Assembly (NCBI GenBank): GCA_963804145.1
Contig: CAWDPI010000011.1
Span: 30,563-94,562, forward strand
DNA: 64,000 bases
Direction of reading: 5' to 3'
Source of the DNA: an uncultured Acidobacteriota bacterium
Lineage (GTDB): Bacteria > Acidobacteriota > Terriglobia > Acidiferrales > UBA7541
How positions within the stretch are numbered: position 1 is the stretch's first letter; each line of letters opens with the position of its first letter. The position numbers and the translations under genes were made by a program. Positions 40,275 to 49,414 of this stretch are shown in pieces. The notes under the pieces are model-generated. The model saw only the letters and a program-made list of their open reading frames with translations. It made no database searches and was not told the DNA's origin.

Positions 40275-41090
40275 TTAAGGCACGCGGGCGCTAATGACTG
40301 GAACCATCCATACAGCGTAGCCGCGCGGGTCGAGGATGTTGGAGATCATCTGGTTGAAGTAGGCCACGGCGGAATCGCGCGAAATCGGTGTTAATTCGCC
40401 TATGGAATCGGCGTATCCGTCGCGCCAGGCTTCCAGAATGGCAGCAAAGGTTTCTCGCGGGACTCGCAGCGTGTCAACAAGGACGTAATCCACCTTTATT
40501 TCCGCCAGTTTCATCGTCACGAGGATTCTGAAGATATGCCGGCCGATGAACAGGTCGGTGCTGGTGCGTTCTCCAAAGCTCCCGGCCGCCTGATACCAAA
40601 AGTCTCGCGGATCGAGGGCGGCGCGCTCGAAGTGCAGCATGCCGTAGTCTTCGGGAATCAGGTGCAGATATCCTCCCCGGCGTGTAACTCGAACGAGCTC
40701 GCCGATCACGCGGTCCGCGTGGGGAATGGAATGAAGCACATGGCGGCATATGGTGAGATCGAACGTGCGGTCAGCGGCTTTGAGTTCGTATATGCTCTGA
40801 TGCTCGAAGGTCAGGCGAGACGCGAGGCTGGCATAGCGCCGGCGGGCAAGTTCCAGATTCTTGTCGACGATGTCCACTCCGAGCACTTGTGCGCGAGGAA
40901 AAAGTTCGGCGACCCGCGAAGCGCCTTCGCCTGTACCGCAGCCGGCATCGAGGATCCGGGGAGACGCGGGCAGCGCATAACGGCTGAACAGCGGCATTTC
41001 CTGCGGCCAAATGGCTCGCGCCTGCGCATCCAGGTTTCGCACCATCGACTCGTCGGCCATCTGCTTGGCCTGTGGGTTGAGATCGGTCAA
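40275..41090 (-). CDS. Class I SAM-dependent methyltransferase
   Basis: 271-aa ORF with SAM motif I (ILDAGCGTGEG) and a post-I acidic residue (VLGVDI). Confidence 0.85.
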   Translation of the reverse strand: MTDLNPQAKQMADESMVRNLDAQARAIWPQEMPLFSRYALPASPRILDAGCGTGEGASRVAELFPRAQVLGVDIVDKNLELARRRYASLASRLTFEHQSIYELKAADRTFDLTICRHVLHSIPHADRVIGELVRVTRRGGYLHLIPEDYGMLHFERAALDPRDFWYQAAGSFGERTSTDLFIGRHIFRILVTMKLAEIKVDYVLVDTLRVPRETFAAILEAWRDGYADSIGELTPISRDSAVAYFNQMISNILDPRGYAVWMVPVISARVP

Positions 41091-41108
41091 GACAGCCTCC
41101 CATCTTTT

Positions 41109-41230
41109 GCCGGGTGCCCCATCCTTGCGGGTTTTGCAAGGGTGGGGTTTTTCTGAACATCCATCTCAAGGTTTCTGTTGTGGTTAAATCAAAACACCCA
41201 CCCTTTGAAATTCGCAAAGGGTGGGGCAGC
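41109..41230. repeat. MITE-like double-hairpin element, copy 2 (family A)
   Basis: gccgggtgccccatccttgcgggttttgcaagggtgggg ... cccaccctttgaaattcgcaaagggtggggcagcc. It is close to identical to copy 4 in both hairpins. Confidence 0.8.
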
Positions 41231-41260
41231 CGCTTTGTATTCGGACGTTCGTGAGATTTT

Positions 41261-42967
41261 CTATTCGAGCGGTTCTATTTTGGCAAGTATGCCGGCGTGA
41301 ACGAGCGGCACCCAAACCTTCGGCGTTGCTCCCGAGCTTTCAATCTTGATATCGCGCATTTCTCCACCGAGGGTGGGCAGCATATATTCTCGCCATTCGC
41401 CGGTCTTCGGGTTGAATCTGTGGACGTAATCCGTGCTCATTGCGCCTGACCAGACGTCTCCATTTTTGTCACGCACCGCCCGATAGATGCCGCTCCACGG
41501 GACGGGCGGCTTCCATTCCTTAATCTCTTTTGTTTGGGGATCGAACATTCCCAATTGGCCCGCCATCCACTCTCCGAACCAGAAGTTACCTTCGGAATCG
41601 ATGGAGCCGCGACGAGGAGTGGCGGCCGGAGTCGGCGTGGGAGTTAGAGTGACTTGCCCCGTGGTGCGATCCAGAACTGCGATCGTGCTTCCCTCGATGT
41701 CGCAATAAATTGGGTTTCCATTTTCGGCTATGGCGCTGCCATACATTTTGTGAGTTTTTTCCGGCGTCGCGAAGTGTTCATCGATCCCGAAATAGAACAC
41801 GCGATTGGGGCCTTTGTATTGCACGCTGCCCGGAGGAAAGGCGTTGTAGACTTTGACTTCGCCTGTCTTGGGATTGAGCTCGAACATTTTGCTGGTGTTG
41901 AAGCTGTTGAACCAGACCATCCCGTTCGGCCCGACATTTCCCTGCGTGCAGCTGGCGTGTTCGTCGTTGAATTCCGCGGGGGCGGTCCATGTTTGAAACT
42001 TTTCCGTTTTGGCGTCGAACATCGTTACCGAGCATCCCTGGTAACCGCGCGGGAGCCACGGATTCCCCTGGCTATCCAGCTCGATCGTCAAGCTGTTTTC
42101 GGGCAGGCCTGGCTTGAGCGTGGGCAGCTTCCACTCCTTGAATTGGCCGGTGCGAGGATCGAGCCTGCCAATGTCGGGGCTCTGAAAATCGTCGTACCAG
42201 ACCATGCCGTCGCGGTCGATTGCTACATCATGGGGCGAACTTCCTGAACGAGGGATTTCATATTCCGTGATCACTACTCGCGTGTTCACTCCATGAGGGC
42301 GCGGAAAAGTTTTCAATTCATAGGGCCATGTGGCTTTGTCGCCGCTCAAATTGATCGAACTCAAATACTTCGCCAGCTCGGGGTCGGACGGATATTCTTT
42401 CGGCGGAAAAGAAGGGGGCATGGGATGGCTGAACGTGCTGCCCGCTTGCCATTGATTCTGCATCCGGTGCAGGGCAGTCATCCAACCGTCTGCGTCATAG
42501 GTGCTCTTGGCCACCTGATCGAGTGAGTGGCATTGATCGCAGTGAAATAATGCAATCTTCTGCTTGTCGTTTCCGGGAATGCTCATCATCCATTCCGCGC
42601 CGGTGAGCTGGGATGCAAGATCTTTCGTCTTCACGAGCTTGATATCGGCGCGCGCTGGTCCACCGGCTTTTATTTCTGTTGCAGTTTTCGCGGCCAGTTC
42701 GTACCCGACTGCCCGGATGGTCAGCGTATATTTGCCGGGCTGGAGCTTTCCCATGGGGAAGGCGTAATGGCCTTGATCGTCGCTGATCACCGTAACCGTC
42801 ATGTTCGCTCCGAGGGGCCTGGCGGTAACTAGCACTCCTCCCATGTGTCCCTCAGCGTCGGACGTCACCACACCCGTCAACGCAGCCACAGGCTGATCTT
42901 TGGAGGATGCGGGCAGGACACTGGCAAGAACCACAACGATCAGCAAGCAAGATTTTTTCATCGACAT
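41261..42967 (-). CDS. CarboxypepD_reg-like / CxxCH heme-motif / beta-propeller (Vgb, streptogramin-lyase-like) secreted protein
   Basis: Intact 568-aa ORF. It has a signal peptide, a beta-sandwich segment (LTGVVTSDAEGHMGGVLVTARP...GKYTLTIRAVGY), the motif FHCDQCHS, then repeated propeller blades (VVITEYEIP..., GMVWY..., GNPW...). Confidence 0.85.
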   Translation of the reverse strand: MSMKKSCLLIVVVLASVLPASSKDQPVAALTGVVTSDAEGHMGGVLVTARPLGANMTVTVISDDQGHYAFPMGKLQPGKYTLTIRAVGYELAAKTATEIKAGGPARADIKLVKTKDLASQLTGAEWMMSIPGNDKQKIALFHCDQCHSLDQVAKSTYDADGWMTALHRMQNQWQAGSTFSHPMPPSFPPKEYPSDPELAKYLSSINLSGDKATWPYELKTFPRPHGVNTRVVITEYEIPRSGSSPHDVAIDRDGMVWYDDFQSPDIGRLDPRTGQFKEWKLPTLKPGLPENSLTIELDSQGNPWLPRGYQGCSVTMFDAKTEKFQTWTAPAEFNDEHASCTQGNVGPNGMVWFNSFNTSKMFELNPKTGEVKVYNAFPPGSVQYKGPNRVFYFGIDEHFATPEKTHKMYGSAIAENGNPIYCDIEGSTIAVLDRTTGQVTLTPTPTPAATPRRGSIDSEGNFWFGEWMAGQLGMFDPQTKEIKEWKPPVPWSGIYRAVRDKNGDVWSGAMSTDYVHRFNPKTGEWREYMLPTLGGEMRDIKIESSGATPKVWVPLVHAGILAKIEPLE

Positions 42968-43497
42968 TCGGCCCCCACTTGGAGCGATCAGGATTTCGTC
43001 GTTTCGATTGATTTTCTAACTTGGGATTCTCTTCGCGGCAGAAGCGTACGCCGCCCCGGCTGGTCAAGATCATACAGCAGTGCAAATTCCTTCCAAAGCC
43101 GTAAAAAAATGCAACGTGAACGCGCAGTGAAAGGGAATCTCAACTCCCGTACAGCAGGGGGCCGGGACCCTCCTCCATTTCTAACTGAAAGATATCTCAT
43201 AAACGCTGGGGCGGAACGAAGAGTAGTCGAATTGCGGGGTGACTCTTACAAGGTTCGACAAAATAAATCGACATCTTCCGGCGCTGAAAGCGCCCGGGCA
43301 CGCTAGCCCAGGGCAACGCCCTGGGTTCCGATTAGCATTTTCAGGGGTTTGATACCATCGAGGGTCAGGTTAAATGAGGCAAACTAAGGGGAGGATAAAA
43401 CAAATCGCAAGGCAAATCGGGTAAGGGTACGGGACTGGCGGAAAATAAAACGGCCACCCGCTGAGAGGTGACGGTTATGCTTTTGTGTTCTGCGCTC

Positions 43498-43638
43498 TCA
43501 AGTGTCCTCGTTTTCTCGAAGTCGGGCAATGAACTTTTCCCGCGCTTCGCGTGTATGCCTTGCTGCTCGAATGAACGCGAGGAAAACCATCATTCCCGCA
43601 AATCCGGCCAGCACGAGTACCTCCTCTAAGGCTACCAT
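43498..43638 (-). CDS. Possible 46-aa single-TM peptide (speculative)
   Basis: My translation is MVALEEVLVLAGFAGMMVFLAFIRAARHTREAREKFIARLRENEDT*. A gagg SD lies about 7 nt upstream. The ORF is below the track cutoff and has no homology support. Confidence 0.3.
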   Translation of the reverse strand: MVALEEVLVLAGFAGMMVFLAFIRAARHTREAREKFIARLRENEDT

Positions 43639-43700
43639 AACGTGCCTCGCTTTCTCAGGTTCGCTCTGGTAAAAGAGCCTGCCTTCAGCTGCCTAACCGG

Positions 43701-43943
43701 TCAAAAACGTCCCTGCAACCCGTTCAATCTAAGGACGTTATTTTCGCGTTTTTGCCTTTGCTGTGGGGTATAGCCAAGAACTCCATTTGGGAGCGCATAT
43801 CGCCTGCAAATGATTCGACCACCCTTGTAAATGCAGCTCGCTAGAATCAGCGCGCAAATGATCGAGACGAAAAGTATGAGGTATCCAGCAACAAAAATGA
43901 CAAAGGCTGAAAGTGTCTGGATCACGATGACTGGGAAACTCAT
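43701..43943 (-). CDS. Possible 80-aa two-TM membrane protein (hypothetical)
   Basis: This is the internal Met of ORF 43701-44003: MSFPVIVIQTLSAFVIFVAGYLILFVSIICALILASCIYKGG.... A G-rich SD is present. The region is AT-richer. Confidence 0.4.
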   Translation of the reverse strand: MSFPVIVIQTLSAFVIFVAGYLILFVSIICALILASCIYKGGRIICRRYALPNGVLGYTPQQRQKRENNVLRLNGLQGRF

Positions 43944-44459
43944 AGCCCCCCCTGTTTGGTAATTGAGCCATGCAAGCTGCGAGCGGACAATACAGCTAAG
44001 CACCTAAATATGACCGCTTCAGTCCCGATAAACCCCTGCCAGAAGTACCCAGAACCCTGCAAAACAGGCACAGGGAAACCTGTGACGCGATGGTGCTTTT
44101 GCGACAGCATCCGGCAGGGGTTATCGGTATCTGGCTTTTTGGCCATTTAGCCGTTCACTTGCACCACAGAGGAAGTCTGTCGCGTGACCGTGCGGCAAGT
44201 GCCTTGATAAATGGCCGAGTGACAAATCAGGTGACAAATTCAGACCGTTTTTCCATCATGCCGTTGTAATCCCTAATTCTTTAACGGTGTATCTCTTAAT
44301 TCACAAGTGTTGCAGTTCCCTTTCAGGGCGGACGAAATTACCTCGGGCGCCATCCCCCGGGGTGTTGCCCCGGGCTGTTATCCTCCGCGCTGTTGGCGCG
44401 ACATGATGGTTGTGCTTTCAAAAAGAGGAAACTACCGGTAGGCATTTATTGAATAGGTT

Positions 44460-45392
44460 CTATGATTTCCGCGCAGGCTCTCGCGTCGTGGTCAAAGCCT
44501 TGGCGATTGCGTCGGCAAGCACCTGCCAGGAAAAGGCCTTGCCGTTTGGAACGGCGAGCGCAGAATCCGCAATGGCTTGCACGAGCCAATCCTGGCGCTG
44601 CGCTGTGGCGAGAGCTGTGAAGGGTTCGAGGCCCGCGTCCGCAACGGCCTGGGCTGCTTCGCGCATTTCCGCCGCGCGGCGCTTTCCGTGTTCCGCGACG
44701 CGGCTGATTAAATAATCTGGCAGCGAGCCATCCCAACCCATGTCCGGGTACGTCGCGGCGAGCGAATCGAGAACTTGTTTTTCGGCGCCGTAACGCCGCG
44801 CCGTAAACATGGACTCCACGGTGATTGCTTCGAGGCCTTTGATGATGATGCTGCGGCACATTTTGATCGCCGAGGCGACGCCGATGCGGTCGCTGACGGG
44901 CTTCACATTCATGCCGATCGCCCGCAGCCGCTCGGCTGCCGCTGCCGCGTCCGAGCCTCCCAGGAGCATTGGAACTTTGAGCCGTTGCGGGGCGACCGCG
45001 GCCATCACGGCTGCTTCGACGAATGTGGCAGGAGATTTGCCGAGAATGCGCGCAATTTCGCGCTTCGTGTCAGGCGAGACCGAGTTGATGTCCAGGTAGA
45101 CTTGCCCGGCGTTCAGAGAAGGGGCAGCGCTCACGGCCACGTCCGCCGCGGAGGAAGCCGTCACCGCGGAAATCACGAGGTGCGCGCCGCGGATCGCTTC
45201 TTCGAGGGTATCGCACGGGCGGACATTCGCGCTTTTGGCCTTGGCCAGCATCGCCGAACGCGATTGTTGTAAATGTAGTAATATATCAAACGCGGTAATA
45301 TTCAGTCCCGCCGCCGCGAAGTCGTGTCCGAATATGCCGCCAACCTCTCCAAATCCTACGAGCGCAATCCGCTGAATGCGATTTTCATCCAT
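44460..45392 (-). CDS. NAD(P)-dependent oxidoreductase (beta-hydroxyacid/6-phosphogluconate dehydrogenase-like)
   Basis: ATG at 45390-45392 gives MDENRIQRIALVGFGEVGGIF, a Rossmann GxGxxG motif. The C-terminal part is a helical domain. Confidence 0.8.
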   Translation of the reverse strand: MDENRIQRIALVGFGEVGGIFGHDFAAAGLNITAFDILLHLQQSRSAMLAKAKSANVRPCDTLEEAIRGAHLVISAVTASSAADVAVSAAPSLNAGQVYLDINSVSPDTKREIARILGKSPATFVEAAVMAAVAPQRLKVPMLLGGSDAAAAAERLRAIGMNVKPVSDRIGVASAIKMCRSIIIKGLEAITVESMFTARRYGAEKQVLDSLAATYPDMGWDGSLPDYLISRVAEHGKRRAAEMREAAQAVADAGLEPFTALATAQRQDWLVQAIADSALAVPNGKAFSWQVLADAIAKALTTTREPARKS

Positions 45393-45444
45393 TTCAACTC
45401 CGCAATTCCGACGCACTGATCGTATCTCCAAACGCACGGGGTTT

Positions 45445-45585
45445 GGTAGCGCAGACTTTTCACCCTGAGGGACGAGGAGCGTTCCGTGGGTTTTCGTGTG
45501 GCCTTGGCTGGCGCGTGGCGCCTGGGTTTCCCAATGGACCCTGACAGACTCCCCTTCGCTCCTCAGGGTGAAAAGTGGGTCTTGC
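45445..45585. repeat. Inverted pair of family D repeat units (gcagacttttcaccctgagg type)
   Basis: ggtagcgcagacttttcaccctgagggacgaggagcgttccgtggg (45445-45490) faces ...gacagactccccttcgctcctcagggtgaaaagtgggtc (45543-45582). A single unit recurs at 61851-61896. Confidence 0.65.
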
Positions 45586-45858
45586 TTAACTCCTTTCCTT
45601 GCAATGCGGTTCTACCACCCCTGTACCATTGCAAAGTCGGTACTAGAAGAGCAGAATGGATGAAAGAAGGGGGAACCATTCCCCCTTTGTGGTGTCTAAT
45701 CAAAATGAAGCGCTTACCAGCTGAAGCGATTCGGCTGAACGGGTCTCTGGCCGGGGATCCAGTAAGCGGCTTTAAGGTCTGCAGCGCAAGGCACATGGCG
45801 TTTGGCGCGATTGCTCCGCGAAAACGCTTGGCGCACGCAGGCGGGAGAGGTGGTAACC

Positions 45859-46617
45859 GTGTCTGACTTGGCGCGCGTCCTACCCTGGTCCCAGGACGAA
45901 GCCGAGCTCGTGACGGAGCTGCAGGGAGGTTCCGGCACAGCGTTCGACTGGCTGGTGACGCACTATTCCGGCCCGGTCTACGGCCTGGTCGCCGGCATGG
46001 TTTCGGAATCCTGCGACGCCGCCGACATCACGCAGGACGTGTTTCTGAAGGCGTTTCGCGGCATCCGCGGTTTCCGGCGGGGCAGTTCGCTGAAGACCTG
46101 GCTTTACCGGATCGCCATCCGTGAGGCGCTGAATCACCGGCGCTGGCTGTGGCGGCATCATCGCGAGCAGGATTCGATCGACATTACCGGGAACAACGGC
46201 CACGCGACGCTGGAAATTGAAGACGCGAGCGGCACACCGTTCGACCAGGCTGCGTCTCACGAAGTGCAGCAGGCTGTGCAGCAGGCCTTGCTGAAAGTGC
46301 CGGAAGTTTTTCGAAGCGCCGTGATCTTGAGGGACCTCGAAGGAATGACGTACGAGGAAGTGGCCGAAGTCCTCACGGTAACGGTGGGCACGGTGAAATC
46401 AAGAATTTTGCGAGGGCGGCGAATGTTGCGGGAAATCCTGGATCCGTTGCTGCGGAATCCGCAAGGCGCGCATGTTCTGGGGCCCGCGCGGCAACAGAGA
46501 GAATCGGTTTTACACTCCACCCTATTTTCCGCGGCGGAGGAACACAATACCAGCCGGACCGACACAACCGGCTGGGCGCATCCGGGCAAGACGGGTGACG
46601 CCGAGGGAGGTGTCTAG
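45859..46617 (+). CDS. ECF-type RNA polymerase sigma-70 family factor
   Basis: Region 2 (ITQDVFLKAFRGIRGFR...WLYRIAIREALN) and region 4 (AVILRDLEGMTYEEVAEVLTVTVGTVKSRILRGRRML) are present. I prefer GTG 45859, which has a ggagagg SD, over the track's TTG at 45802. The last ~55 aa form an unusual tail. Confidence 0.88.
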   Translation: MSDLARVLPWSQDEAELVTELQGGSGTAFDWLVTHYSGPVYGLVAGMVSESCDAADITQDVFLKAFRGIRGFRRGSSLKTWLYRIAIREALNHRRWLWRHHREQDSIDITGNNGHATLEIEDASGTPFDQAASHEVQQAVQQALLKVPEVFRSAVILRDLEGMTYEEVAEVLTVTVGTVKSRILRGRRMLREILDPLLRNPQGAHVLGPARQQRESVLHSTLFSAAEEHNTSRTDTTGWAHPGKTGDAEGGV

Positions 46618-47330
46618 TGAACTGCGAAAAAGTAAGAAAATTATTGCCGGGCTATCTGGATGGAGCGGCTCTGACGGGCGCCAGTTCCGGTACGCACACA
46701 TCGATTGGGCATCACCTGGAGAGCTGCGCGGATTGCCGCGACGAGCTGAGAGCGTATCAGGCACTGTCCTCGGTGATGTCGGGTGTGCAACGTGCCATGC
46801 CGCCGGTGGATCTGGCGCTGAAGATTCGCGTCGCGGCAGCACAACGCCTTTCCGACCGCACCTGGTTGCACTACATTCTTCGCGCGCGGACTCGCGCCGA
46901 GCTGGTCCTGAAGAATATTCTGGAGCCCCTGGCCATTCCCGCGACGGGCGGTTTCACAGTCGCTCTCGTCGTATTTGTGCTGGTCTGCCAGTTGCTCGGG
47001 CTGGGCGTTCCGCTGCGCGCAGGGGCGAATGATTCGCCGACGAATTTGCTGCAACCGGCTCGCTTGGAGGCATTGGCTCCATTCCCGATCACCGGTCTCG
47101 AGGAGTCCGGACATGCCGGACCCCACGCGCTGCTCGTGGAAGCCACAGTGAGCGCGCAGGGTGAGGCCGTGAGTTACAGAATTCTTGCCGGGCCTGATAA
47201 TGAAACCGTTCGCCGCCAGCTGGATATGGTGCTCCTGTTTTCGCGCTTCCGGCCCCAGATGAGCTTTGGCCGCTTCACTTCCGGCGGGCGCGTGGTTCTG
47301 AGTTTCAGCGACATTTCCATCCGGGGATAG
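46617..47330 (+). CDS. Anti-sigma factor (zf-HC2 type) with one TM helix
   Basis: GTG 46617 overlaps the sigma-factor stop (taGTG), with a gagggagg SD upstream. The motif CEKVRKLLPGYLDG...HLESCADCRDEL is HxxxCxxC-like. Confidence 0.75.
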   Translation: MNCEKVRKLLPGYLDGAALTGASSGTHTSIGHHLESCADCRDELRAYQALSSVMSGVQRAMPPVDLALKIRVAAAQRLSDRTWLHYILRARTRAELVLKNILEPLAIPATGGFTVALVVFVLVCQLLGLGVPLRAGANDSPTNLLQPARLEALAPFPITGLEESGHAGPHALLVEATVSAQGEAVSYRILAGPDNETVRRQLDMVLLFSRFRPQMSFGRFTSGGRVVLSFSDISIRG

Positions 47331-47526
47331 CCGGACAGGCCGCAGATTCCTTCGATCCGCTCCAGGTGATATTCGGTCCCTCCCCGGGCGCGTTTCCGAT
47401 TTGCGCACAAGTTCCTTTGTAGTACGCCCGTACTATAGCCAGCCTTCCCCTGCAAAGTTGAAAATAAGAGCATTCTGATGGCGCACGCAAACCCCTGTGC
47501 GTGGGACCGTTCATGATGGGAATGCC

Positions 47527-49314
47527 ATGACGCTCACGACCAAAAACTCCCCTGAATTGAACGGCCCGGGCAAGGCCGGCCAATCCCCACGTTCTAATCC
47601 CGTCTGCCTGGAAGTGAGTGTCACGATCCGGAGCTTGCCCACCGAGGTGGGTGGCCCGGCCCAGGCGTTTCGGGAAGACAGCAGGACCGTCATTGTGTTT
47701 GACAATGGCGCGGTGCTCCGCAGCACGAGTAATCTGCCGGTCGGACAAACGGTCATCCTTACGAATCCAAAGGGACGCGACATGGTCTGCCGGGTCGCGG
47801 GCGGGCGCAACCTGCCGAGCGTAAAAGGCTATGTCGAAGTAGAATTCATCGAGGCGGCAAACGATTACTGGGGCATTCACCAAGATGCTGGCACTGGCGC
47901 CGCTGCTGCGCCGCTGGCCCCTCCACTTGCAATTCGGGAAACCACGGCACCACCACCAATAGCTCCTCCAGTGACCCCGCGCGCGATTCCCTCTTTTGAG
48001 GCGCCGGTCAAGCCTGCGAGTGTGTCTTTGGGTAGCTCTCCGACATACGAAAGCGTCGCAGAGCGAGGGAGCATGCCTCCTACCTCCGCGCCGCGCGATC
48101 CGAAATCCGAGCCGGCAAGGCTTGGTCCCGAAAGAATCGCCAAGATCCCTTCTGATTACAACCTTTCCGAAACAGCCAAGCCCACATCGATTGCGAACTG
48201 GGAATTGCCGGATTCAGAACCGCCCGTGGAGAAGCTTGCGATTCCGGCAAAGAGGGAAGCGTCGTCGATGGCAACGCCGGCCCCTGCGCCGACGCACGAT
48301 TTTCTGAGTAAAGGTTTGATGGCCTACGAGCAACCTCGCTCTTCCTCAGGTGATTCGACTGGGCGCGTGCCGCTGATTGTAGGAGCGGCCGCCTTAGTTT
48401 TGGCGGGAGTTTGTGGCGTAGTGTTCTTCATGCACCGAAAGGCCGCGCCCGTTTCGGTTGCGAAAACAGCTGTCGTGAGCCAGCCGCCCGCGCCTGCGCC
48501 TCCAGCGGCAAACACTGCGGCTGAGCCTGTCCAGGCGCCGCCGGAAGATGCGGCTCCGATCGCAATGCAGCAGACACAGATGCAGGCACAACCCGTCGCG
48601 GCCGAATCGGCGCCTCCCGCGGCCCCAGTTGCGCCGGTTCCTGCCGTAGCCACGGGTCCTGCAACTTCGGACTCGCCGGCAGTGGCGCGCCCTGAGGCAC
48701 GGCCAGACAAGCGGCCTGACACACGAAATGCGCGTCAGCCGGAAAAAAAGATAGTGGCCGCGAAACAGCCCGAGCCACCGGCTGCCCGCCGTCCTTCGAT
48801 CCCGAGTTTAAAAATGGGTTCACCCAGCGCGCCGAGTCAAACGCTCGCCAATCAGGGCGAGGGAAGCGCGCCCATGACGGAGATTGCTGCCACGGGAGCG
48901 TCTGGAGGGACGCCACCCGCCGGGTTGCTGACCTCCAACGGACGCACATCGAATCCTCCCGCGCCTCCTCCGGCTGCCTTTGCAACCGCCGTCCTGACGC
49001 CTGCCGCCCCGGCGGTTGCCGCACCGGCGCCTGTTCCCGTCGCCGGCATCGTGCGCGAACCGAAATTGATTTCTTCGGTGCGGCCCACATACCCTGCTGC
49101 TGCGAGGGAATCGAACATTCAGGGAAACGTTACGGTTTCAGCAAACATTGATGCGAATGGAAAAGTCGTTGGGGCAAGGGCGCTGAACGGACCCGTTCTT
49201 CTCCGGCAGGCGGCTGAAGAGTCGGTAAAACAGTGGAAGTATTCTCCCAGCGTGATCGATGGAAAACCCGCCGCATCGCAAGTGACCGTCAGTGTCGATT
49301 TCCGGTTGAATTAG
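47527..49314 (+). CDS. TonB-family protein (C-terminal TonB domain) with a long Pro/Ala-rich spacer and an N-terminal beta-rich domain
   Basis: The C-terminus PKLISSVRPTYPAAARESNIQGNVTVSANIDANGKVVGARALNGPVLLRQAAEESVKQWKYSP is a TonB_C domain. A central TM helix is present (LIVGAAALVLAGVCGVVFF). Confidence 0.85.
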   Translation: MTLTTKNSPELNGPGKAGQSPRSNPVCLEVSVTIRSLPTEVGGPAQAFREDSRTVIVFDNGAVLRSTSNLPVGQTVILTNPKGRDMVCRVAGGRNLPSVKGYVEVEFIEAANDYWGIHQDAGTGAAAAPLAPPLAIRETTAPPPIAPPVTPRAIPSFEAPVKPASVSLGSSPTYESVAERGSMPPTSAPRDPKSEPARLGPERIAKIPSDYNLSETAKPTSIANWELPDSEPPVEKLAIPAKREASSMATPAPAPTHDFLSKGLMAYEQPRSSSGDSTGRVPLIVGAAALVLAGVCGVVFFMHRKAAPVSVAKTAVVSQPPAPAPPAANTAAEPVQAPPEDAAPIAMQQTQMQAQPVAAESAPPAAPVAPVPAVATGPATSDSPAVARPEARPDKRPDTRNARQPEKKIVAAKQPEPPAARRPSIPSLKMGSPSAPSQTLANQGEGSAPMTEIAATGASGGTPPAGLLTSNGRTSNPPAPPPAAFATAVLTPAAPAVAAPAPVPVAGIVREPKLISSVRPTYPAAARESNIQGNVTVSANIDANGKVVGARALNGPVLLRQAAEESVKQWKYSPSVIDGKPAASQVTVSVDFRLN

Positions 49315-49414
49315 ACCGCACCGATTTGTTGCTTTTCTCTCCGACACCTCCCATCACAAGAGCTGCAGGACAACCTGGGCGCCGAAACAACCTTCCAATT
49401 GTTGAAGGGGTTTC

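Noticed and set aside
43125-43175. Cobalamin-riboswitch-like string (agtgaaagggaatc...)
   Set aside because: Only a short GAAAGGGAA-like match is present. There is no B12 box (GCCACTG) and no supporting helices. The element is also on the wrong strand relative to the only downstream gene, 41261-42967 on the minus strand.
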